A stretch of DNA of 64,000 bases from Escherichia coli (GTDB lineage: Bacteria > Pseudomonadota > Gammaproteobacteria > Enterobacterales > Enterobacteriaceae). How positions within the stretch are numbered: the stretch's first letter is position 1; the number at the start of each line of letters is the position of its first letter. The notes beneath the pieces are model-generated. The model had not been told where the DNA came from. It made no database searches and saw only the letters and a list, made by a program, of their open reading frames with translations. The DNA lies in assembly GCF_003991155.1 (NCBI RefSeq), contig NZ_CP031295.1; one strand, 5' to 3'. The translations under genes were made by a program, and so were the position numbers. Positions 56,823-64,000 of the stretch are shown one piece after another.

Positions 56823-56847
56823 TGTCGTTTTCAGAAGACGGCTGCAC
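56823..56847. repeat. IRi, 25-bp inverted repeat at the intI1 end of a class 1 integron
   Basis: TGTCGTTTTCAGAAGACGGCTGCAC read directly. Confidence 0.7.
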
Positions 56848-57024
56848 TGAACGTCAGAAGCCGACTGCACTATAGCAGCGGAGGGGTTGGATCCATCAGG
56901 CAACGACGGGCTGCTGCCGGCCATCAGCGGACGCAGGGAGGACTTTCCGCAACCGGCCGTTCGATGCGGCACCGATGGCCTTCGCGCAGGGGTAGTGAAT
57001 CCGCCAGGATTGACTTGCGCTGCC

Positions 57025-57248
57025 CTACCTCTCACTAGTGAGGGGCGGCAGCGCATCAAGCGGTGAGCGCACTCCGGCACCGCCAACTTTCAGCACATGC
57101 GTGTAAATCATCGTCGTAGAGACGTCGGAATGGCCGAGCAGATCCTGCACGGTTCGAATGTCGTAACCGCTGCGGAGCAAGGCCGTCGCGAACGAGTGGC
57201 GGAGGGTGTGCGGTGTGGCGGGCTTCGTGATGCCTGCTTGTTCTACGG
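57025..57248 (-). pseudogene. intI1: intI1 (class 1 integron integrase) 3' fragment, truncated by IS26
   Basis: minus-strand translation ...[68 protein letters not shown] is a tyrosine-recombinase C-terminus with the catalytic Tyr; the upstream part is replaced by IS26 at 57249. Confidence 0.8.
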
Positions 57249-58068
57249 GGCACTGTTGCAAATAGTCGGTGGTGATAAACTTATCATCCCCTTTTGCTGA
57301 TGGAGCTGCACATGAACCCATTCAAAGGCCGGCATTTTCAGCGTGACATCATTCTGTGGGCCGTACGCTGGTACTGCAAATACGGCATCAGTTACCGTGA
57401 GCTGCAGGAGATGCTGGCTGAACGCGGAGTGAATGTCGATCACTCCACGATTTACCGCTGGGTTCAGCGTTATGCGCCTGAAATGGAAAAACGGCTGCGC
57501 TGGTACTGGCGTAACCCTTCCGATCTTTGCCCGTGGCACATGGATGAAACCTACGTGAAGGTCAATGGCCGCTGGGCGTATCTGTACCGGGCCGTCGACA
57601 GCCGGGGCCGCACTGTCGATTTTTATCTCTCCTCCCGTCGTAACAGCAAAGCTGCATACCGGTTTCTGGGTAAAATCCTCAACAACGTGAAGAAGTGGCA
57701 GATCCCGCGATTCATCAACACGGATAAAGCGCCCGCCTATGGTCGCGCGCTTGCTCTGCTCAAACGCGAAGGCCGGTGCCCGTCTGACGTTGAACACCGA
57801 CAGATTAAGTACCGGAACAACGTGATTGAATGCGATCATGGCAAACTGAAACGGATAATCGGCGCCACGCTGGGATTTAAATCCATGAAGACGGCTTACG
57901 CCACCATCAAAGGTATTGAGGTGATGCGTGCACTACGCAAAGGCCAGGCCTCAGCATTTTATTATGGTGATCCCCTGGGCGAAATGCGCCTGGTAAGCAG
58001 AGTTTTTGAAATGTAAGGCCTTTGAATAAGACAAAAGGCTGCCTCATCGCTAACTTTGCAACAGTGCC
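57249..58068 (+). mobile_element. IS26 (820 bp)
   Basis: 14-bp terminal IRs GGCACTGTTGCAAA at 57249-57262 and TTTGCAACAGTGCC at 58055-58068. Confidence 0.9.
57312..58016 (+). CDS. tnpA: IS26 transposase
   Basis: 234 aa from [21 protein letters not shown]... Confidence 0.9.
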
Positions 58069-58090
58069 TTTTCATACAACGGAGGGGGTT

Positions 58091-58477
58091 ATGAATAAAC
58101 CAGCAGATCTGAAACCCCGCAACTTATCGGCTGCTGTCAGATTGCGCCTAAATGAAATCGAGAACTGGCTGGACAGAGGGCTAACGCGGCATGAAATTGC
58201 TGAAATCCTCGACAGCGAATACAGCTTTTCGGTAACAGCCAAAGGGCTTGAGATGGCACTGTATAGAACGCGGCAAAACCGAAAAAATGTATTGCACAAT
58301 ACGCATGATAAGAGTAGCGCGAAGGGTGCAGCGGAAAGTGTATTGCACAATACACAACCGTCTGAGCCTGAAGTGCAGGAAAGTAAAAAAGCAGAGAGTC
58401 CCGGCATTATTGATAAAGAATTCTTCAAGAAAATCGGTGAGAATTTCGACCCTAAGAAGTTCAACAAAAAATTCTGA
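58091..58477 (+). CDS. hypothetical protein (128 aa) with possible N-terminal helix-turn-helix
   Basis: first ATG outside IS26 (MNKPADLKPRNL...); segment RGLTRHEIAEIL resembles an HTH; contains two copies of the near-palindrome TGTATTGCACAATAC (about 58279 and 58332); family not recognised. Confidence 0.4.
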   Translation: MNKPADLKPRNLSAAVRLRLNEIENWLDRGLTRHEIAEILDSEYSFSVTAKGLEMALYRTRQNRKNVLHNTHDKSSAKGAAESVLHNTQPSEPEVQESKKAESPGIIDKEFFKKIGENFDPKKFNKKF

Positions 58478-58560
58478 GGTGATTTATGAAAGTAGCGGTA
58501 ATTAATTACAGTGGCAGTGTTCGTAAAACCTTAATTTCATCTTACCTGTTAGCCCCGCGC

Positions 58561-59617
58561 GGCTTTGTTGAATAAATCAGATTTCGGGTAAGTCTCCCCC
58601 GTAGCGGGTTGTGTTTTCAGGCAATACGCACGCTTTCAGGCATACCTGCTTTCGTCATTTTGTTCAGCGCTCGTACCAGGGCCATAGCCTCTGCAACCTG
58701 ACCATCGTAGTCACGCAGTATCAGTGAACCTCCGAACAGCTGTTTTACCCGGTACATCGCCGTTTCCGCTATCGAGCGACGGTTGTAATCTGTTGTCCAT
58801 TTCCACCGCGCATTACTCCCGGTCAGCCGCTGATTCGCAACAGCACGGTTACGGTCTGCATATTCACCGGGCCAGTAACCCGCGCCTTTTCGGGGCGGGA
58901 TAAGCGCGCTGATTTTCTTACGCCGCAGTTCATCGTGACAGAGTTGGGTGTCGTAAGCGCCGTCTGCCGATGCTGCCCTGATTTTTCTGTGAGTCTGCCG
59001 GATAAGACCCGGGAAGGCTTCTGAGTCCGTCACATTGTTCAGCGACAGGTTTGCACAGATGATTTCATGTGTGTTGCTGTCAACTGCCAGATGCAACTTT
59101 CGCCATATACGACGGCGTTCCTGGCCATGCTTTTTGACTTTCCATTCGCCTTCACCAAAGACCTTCAGCCCGGTGGAATCAATCACCAGATGCGCGATTT
59201 CACCCCGGGTGAACGTTTTGAAACTGACATTAACCGACTTTGCGCGCCTGCTGACACTGGTGTAATCCGGGCAGCGCAACGGAACATTCATCAGTGTAAA
59301 AATGGAATCAATAAAACCCTGTGCAGCCCGCAGGGTCAACCTGAACACGCGTTTAATGACCAGAACGGTGGTGATGGCGAGATCAGAATAGCGCTGAGGT
59401 CTTCCCCGTGATGAAGGCGTTGCCGACTCATACCAGGCCTGAATAGCTTCATCATCCAGCCAGAAAGTTATGGAGCCACGGTTGATGAGGGCTTTATTGT
59501 AGGTGGGCCAGTTGGTTATTTTGAACTTTTGCTTTGCCACGGAACGGTCTGCGTTGTCGGGAAGATGCGTGATCTGATCCTTCAACTCAGCAAAAGTTCG
59601 ATTTATTCAACAAAGCC
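58561..59617 (-). mobile_element. IS903-like insertion sequence (IS5 family, 1057 bp)
   Basis: 18-bp terminal IRs GGCTTTGTTGAATAAATC at 58561-58578 and inverted at 59600-59617; flanking 9 bp differ. Confidence 0.8.
58617..59585 (-). CDS. IS903-like transposase (DDE)
   Basis: 322 aa ORF filling the element; recognised as the IS903/IS102 transposase family from memory; true start may be an internal Met. Confidence 0.8.
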   Translation of the reverse strand: MKDQITHLPDNADRSVAKQKFKITNWPTYNKALINRGSITFWLDDEAIQAWYESATPSSRGRPQRYSDLAITTVLVIKRVFRLTLRAAQGFIDSIFTLMNVPLRCPDYTSVSRRAKSVNVSFKTFTRGEIAHLVIDSTGLKVFGEGEWKVKKHGQERRRIWRKLHLAVDSNTHEIICANLSLNNVTDSEAFPGLIRQTHRKIRAASADGAYDTQLCHDELRRKKISALIPPRKGAGYWPGEYADRNRAVANQRLTGSNARWKWTTDYNRRSIAETAMYRVKQLFGGSLILRDYDGQVAEAMALVRALNKMTKAGMPESVRIA

Positions 59618-59989
59618 GTCTGTGTTGTAAAATGGCGCCGAAAGCCCGGCGTAGCCGGTTGCCGGGCTATAAATTCTGCCACCCTACCCCCTGCCCTGAT
59701 TAGCCTTAACTCGCGAACAGCAATGAAGAAGTCAAAGTAATCCCTTTTAACCCCGGTGAGCGGGCTTTACGGCGTTTACGACGTAAAGGGCGTGATTTCC
59801 GGGGCCTAAGCGGCGGCAGCTTGCTGCTGACGCTTAGGGGGATGTTCATCAACTATTTCAGCGACACCAGGGAACTTAACACGGTAGCTGCAAAGCCCTA
59901 ATCCCGCTCACCGCCACGCAGCTGCCGTACGTCCCCCACGGGGGTGCGCAGTGCTGCGCGCGGGAACGGCGGCCCGTCTGCGGGACGCG

Positions 59990-60735
59990 GCGCCGTACTG
60001 CGCGTTAGCGGCCGCACGCGGCCGGTTAACCGTATTGCACGCAAGCTAAATGTGCTGGGCATAAAAACCGCGCTCGATCTGGCTCTGACGAACCCGGCCT
60101 TCATCCGCAAAAATTTTTCTGTCGTCCTTGAGCGAACGGTACGGGAACTGAACGGGGAAAGCTGCCTTTCGCTTGAGGAAGCCCCTCCGACGAAACAGCA
60201 AATTGTCTGCAGCCGCAGTTTTGGCGTGAAGATCACGGAGTACGAGTCACTCCGTCAGGCTATCTGTCAGCACGCAGAGCGGGCCTCTGAAAAACTGCGT
60301 AAAGAGCACCAGTATTGCCGGCATATTTCCGTTTTCATCAAAACGTCTCCGTTCGCCATTAAAGAGCCTTACTACGGCAACGTGGCTACGGAAAAACTTC
60401 TTACACCCACTCAGGACACCAGGGACATCATTGCAGCCGCTACAACGGCTCTGGAGCGTATCTGGAGGGATGGGCACCGGTATGCCAAAGCCGGAGTTAT
60501 GCTGAATGACTTCACCGGCTCCGGAGTTTCGCAGCTGCAACTGTTCGACGAACGCCCGCCACGCCCTCACAGTGCTGAGCTGATGAGGGTTCTGGACGGG
60601 ATCAACAACTCAGGGCTGGGTAAAGTATGGTTTGCGGGGCGGGGTATGGCCCCGGAATGGCAGATGAAACGGGAGATGCTTTCTCCTGCTTATACGACAC
60701 GATGGTCAGATATTCCTGCAGCGAAACTGGCGTGA
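59990..60735 (+). pseudogene. umuC: umuC-like (Y-family DNA polymerase V catalytic subunit), C-terminal fragment
   Basis: translation ...NRIARKLNVLGIKTALDLALTNPAFIRKNFSVVLERTVRELNGESCLSLEE...LSPAYTTRWSDIPAAKLA aligns with the C-terminal half of UmuC/MucB; no N-terminal half and no umuD upstream. Confidence 0.7.
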
Positions 60736-60739
60736 AACT

Positions 60740-60816
60740 ATGGCGATTTCACCGTGAAATTCTCAACCTAAACTGCCTAATTACAATAAGTTAGATGTGA
60801 AATCGCCATGGCGAAA
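60740..60816. repeat. parS: putative P1-type parS centromere
   Basis: immediately downstream of parB; heptamer ATTTCAC/GTGAAAT and hexamer TCGCCA/TGGCGA boxes around an AT-rich core. Confidence 0.5.
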
Positions 60817-61791
60817 TTATTGACTCAAATTTCTGTCAAGGACTTCGTTGATAGCCTTGTCCAGTTCATCCTGAATCACTTTTGACATACGGCTAAACTC
60901 ATAAGTCAGCGTGCGCCCTTTCACACGCTTACGCGCGAACTTGTCCTTTTCTTCAAAAGACCAGAGTGGGGAAACCACTGACTTTTCCTTGGGAGATGGA
61001 TCTATCAATGCCTGAGATGCCTGAGAAATCAGCTTCAGAATACTGGCTTTCTGTTCGTCTTCTGGTCGCTCGCCATCACTCAAAATTGCATCGAGCTGAG
61101 CTGATACAGACTGAATGAGTTCTTCAGGCGTTAATCCCTTTTCACCGAGTTTTTCATTAACTTCTAAAAGAAGTTTATAATCACTAAACGATAGCTCCGA
61201 CTGAACCGGGAACAGAGAAATTAAGTCTTGCGGTACGGCCGCCGCCTGCAGCGCCCTGGTAACTTTAGCCTGAGATAATCCCTCCAGTTCAGCAATTTCC
61301 TTTTGATTAAATCCGGACTCTTTAAGAGCGATCAATCTCAGACCAATCTCCCGAAGATTATGTTCTTTAGCTGTCTGGATATCTTTAGCCAGTTGGCGAG
61401 CTTCATCAGCTGATAAATGTTCTTCGGTAACCATTACATCAAGGCCTGTACGGACAAAAATTGCTGAGGCTCGCCGTCTTGAACCATCCAGTATCTCAAT
61501 CCTTTCACTTTGCTTAATACCAATACAGGGAAAGAACTGCTGAAACTTAATCGTCTGGATAATGGATTTCAGAGACTCCCTGGTCAGTGCAAGTTGATCT
61601 CTTCCATTGTTTTCCTGGTTTACGAAGGTCTTACTTTCAACTTCAGATGCAGGCACCCGAACAAACCTGAACGTTACCTTCCTGCCGGTTTTTAAGGTAA
61701 ATACCTGACTTCTACCGGTGTCAGCCATTTCGAGCATTGACGCCTGAGTATTTAACTGTCTGCCGATGGTTTTTCTTTTCTCATTCGACAT
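60817..61791 (-). CDS. parB: ParB partition protein (P1/P7 type)
   Basis: starts MSNEKRKTIGRQLN...; HTH region ...GLSQAKVTRALQAA...; start overlaps the parA stop. Confidence 0.85.
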   Translation of the reverse strand: MSNEKRKTIGRQLNTQASMLEMADTGRSQVFTLKTGRKVTFRFVRVPASEVESKTFVNQENNGRDQLALTRESLKSIIQTIKFQQFFPCIGIKQSERIEILDGSRRRASAIFVRTGLDVMVTEEHLSADEARQLAKDIQTAKEHNLREIGLRLIALKESGFNQKEIAELEGLSQAKVTRALQAAAVPQDLISLFPVQSELSFSDYKLLLEVNEKLGEKGLTPEELIQSVSAQLDAILSDGERPEDEQKASILKLISQASQALIDPSPKEKSVVSPLWSFEEKDKFARKRVKGRTLTYEFSRMSKVIQDELDKAINEVLDRNLSQ

Positions 61792-62996
61792 CACATACCT
61801 CCGTTAGTACGAATGAACTCGATGCGATCAAAGACTGCCTTCGCAAAGTCTTCCGCTGCTGATTTTGCGCTTTTTAGTGCCTCTGTACTTCCATCATAGG
61901 TTGCTGGATTTGCTGAAATAACTGTGTCAAAAGTCTCCCCACAACGTTCGAAACCATCCAGTCTTGGCAGAACCATGTCTAGCATATCGGCACCGAAAAC
62001 CTCTTTGGCCTGACTATGGCAAATTTTGTGATCAGACTTGTTCAGGATCTTGGACATGAAGCCGACATTACCGATGAGATTGCAGGTGTGCCCATCCATT
62101 TCGATGGAATCTATGAGGGCAGGGAGGCTGGCCACAAACTTCAGGGAAGAATGAAAATCAACCGTCGCCGGTGGAAGAGGGGTCAACATCAGGTCTGCCG
62201 CCCCAATGCAGTTTTTCAGGAACGCATCAAGGTGAGGACCACTATCAAGGAAAATAAAGTCGTAGTCATGCTGGAGCTTGTCGATAATGTTCTCTTTAAG
62301 CACCGCATGAATATTTTTCCCTGGCAGATGTTCTTCACACAATCCCTTCCAGCCTTCAGCAAGGAATGCATCGTCAATGGAAGCGGGGATTACATCAACA
62401 CCAGGGATAATAGACGGTACTATAAAATCGGAAAGTAATTCTTCACGAGACACGTTCTGGAGCATGGCCTGAGCAGCCGTATTTTCAACCAAGCCCACTG
62501 AATTCTCATGGCTCAGGAACATTGTCAGAGATGCCTGCGGATCGAAATCGATGGCCAGAATACGCAGGTCTTCGAACAGAAGCTGAGGATGAGCTCGAAA
62601 AGCATGTGATAATGAAGCGGTAGAAACTGTCTTGGAACCACCACCTTTAAGATTACATACAAAAATCGTAAAGGCTTTATCGAAGCGATCCCTGTACTTC
62701 GGTACTTTACGATGGTTATACAGATCGATGACATTCTGAATCGTCATCGCGTATTTCATCGTATTACCAGAAGGTTTCTTTTTAAAAATGTAGCCACCGG
62801 CTTCCATTTCGGACACAGCATACTCAACACTGCCTTTACTGAGCTTAGGCAGCTTATACAGAGCGGCTTTGCTGTATTCCTGATAGAACTCGGTAAGCTT
62901 CAATTCCTCTTTTTGCTGTCGGATACTTTCGCTCAAAGATGTCAGAAGCTTACCTGCACGTGTAGCGACTTTCCGTAACTGCTCAATATTGTCCAT
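61791..62996 (-). CDS. parA: ParA partition ATPase (P1/P7 type, type Ia with N-terminal regulatory domain)
   Basis: 401 aa; deviant Walker A CNLKGGGSKTVST; ~100-aa N-terminal extension typical of autoregulating type Ia ParA. Confidence 0.9.
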   Translation of the reverse strand: MDNIEQLRKVATRAGKLLTSLSESIRQQKEELKLTEFYQEYSKAALYKLPKLSKGSVEYAVSEMEAGGYIFKKKPSGNTMKYAMTIQNVIDLYNHRKVPKYRDRFDKAFTIFVCNLKGGGSKTVSTASLSHAFRAHPQLLFEDLRILAIDFDPQASLTMFLSHENSVGLVENTAAQAMLQNVSREELLSDFIVPSIIPGVDVIPASIDDAFLAEGWKGLCEEHLPGKNIHAVLKENIIDKLQHDYDFIFLDSGPHLDAFLKNCIGAADLMLTPLPPATVDFHSSLKFVASLPALIDSIEMDGHTCNLIGNVGFMSKILNKSDHKICHSQAKEVFGADMLDMVLPRLDGFERCGETFDTVISANPATYDGSTEALKSAKSAAEDFAKAVFDRIEFIRTNGGM

Positions 62997-63060
62997 TTAT
63001 CACCTCATGACGTTTTTTGTCATTTTGAACAAAAAGTGTCATGTTGCAAGAAAAAAATCA
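62997..63060 (-). promoter_or_regulatory. putative parA promoter/operator
   Basis: AT-rich region with inverted repeats (tgacgttttttgtca, gtgtcatg) directly upstream of parA. Confidence 0.4.
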
Positions 63061-63391
63061 TATTGTTTTGATTTCGCTCTCAACAGAAGGGGGATGAAGC
63101 TCGACGGGCGTGCTACTAAATCACACTGCAGCAACACGCAGACGCACTTTTGACCATCAACAGCAACTCATACAAAAGGGCTTTGAGAAAGGTATTCAAC
63201 TTGCAAGACAGGAGAGTCATTCAGAAGGATTCTGATTTTAGTTACGACCAGTGCAATGCTGAGCCTTATGTATCAGCGCTCGCCGCAGCCATGTAACCGA
63301 GCGTAGCGAGCGAACTGGCGAGGAAGCGAAGAGGAACCGTTCCGGCAGATAGCTCTTACGCTCAGCACAAGAAGAGTTTTCCATCCTCTGT

Positions 63392-63955
63392 GGGAAACAG
63401 GTCAACTTTAATGGACGCTCCGGACTATGGGAAACAGGTCAACTTCGCGGACGGCCCGGACTATGGGAAACAGGTCAACTTCACGGGCGGCCGGGAGTGT
63501 GGGGAACAGGTCAACTTCGCGGACGGCCCGGACTATGGGAAACAGGTCAACTTCGCGGGCGGCCGGGACTGTGGGAAACAGGTCAACTTTGCAGACGGCC
63601 CGGACTGTGGGAAACAGGTCAACTTCGCGGGCGGCCGGGAGTGTGGGGAACAGGTCAACTTCGCGGACGGCCCGGACTAAGGGAAACAGGTCAGCTTCTC
63701 GGACGGCCCGGACTATGGGAAACAGGTCAACTTCTCGGACGGTCGGGAGTGTGGGAAACAGGTCAACTCCGCGTACGGCCCGGACTGTGGGAAACAGGTC
63801 AACTTTGCAGACGGCCGGGACTGTGGGAAACAGGTCAACTTTGCAGACGACCGGGACTGTGGGAAACAGGTCAACTACGCAGACAGCCGCGATTGCGGGA
63901 AACAGGTCAAGTTAGGCAAGCACTATGGGAAACACAGCAAGTTCAGTATCCCCCC
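63392..63955. repeat. tandem array of about 15 iteron-like direct repeats (period 35-37 bp)
   Basis: core GGGAAACAGGTCAACTT every 35-37 bp with a variable GC-rich spacer; the six-frame ORFs across it are 12-residue peptide repeats, i.e. translation artefacts. Confidence 0.85.
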
Positions 63956-64000
63956 ATATGTCAGCAACAAACTAAGGGGGGAGGAAATAAAAATTACAGA

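Noticed and set aside
58022-58090. ORF-track start at 58022 for the 151-aa ORF
   Set aside because: The first 23 codons lie inside the IS26 right end (IS26 ends at 58068); I moved the start to the first Met outside the element at 58091
63390-63915. Long ORFs across the terminal repeat array (96 and 162 aa, MGNRSTSRTARTMGNRSTS...)
   Set aside because: Peptide repeats with a 12-residue period simply mirror the 36-bp DNA repeat; no RBS and highly biased composition, so this is non-coding iteron DNA

Overview
This window reads as a ~64 kb stretch of an F-like (IncF) conjugative plasmid of the ColV/APEC virulence-resistance type, and I found no clear novel defence system in it. Calls rest on reading the supplied ORF translations and the raw sequence against remembered protein families; no database search was run, and hand-derived coordinates may be off by 1-2 bp. 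In order: the 3' end of the aerobactin operon (iucC', iucD, iutA); IS1; the F sopA-sopB-sopC partition cassette with no RepFIA repE/ccd; a compact leading region (two Frpo/ssi-like repeat elements, ssb, psiB, psiA, hok/mok, orf273, orf169); oriT; the tra operon traM through traX; finO; srnB; a RepFIIA replicon (repA2, copA, tap, repA1, oriR); a RelE/Phd-type toxin-antitoxin pair; a nested resistance scar (Tn1721-like tnpA remnant split by a Tn2/Tn3 blaTEM-1 transposon, integron IRi, IS26-truncated intI1, IS903-like element, 5'-truncated umuC); P1-type parAB-parS; and a tandem iteron-like array at the window end. The most striking anomaly is a localized cluster of frameshifts across traC-trbI-traW-traU, apparently at short homopolymer runs, which looks more like sequencing error than biology. 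The best candidates for undescribed function are the small uncharacterised leading-region ORFs, the orphan ORF between IS26 and IS903, a hairpin-dense non-coding stretch downstream of oriR, and the terminal iteron array.
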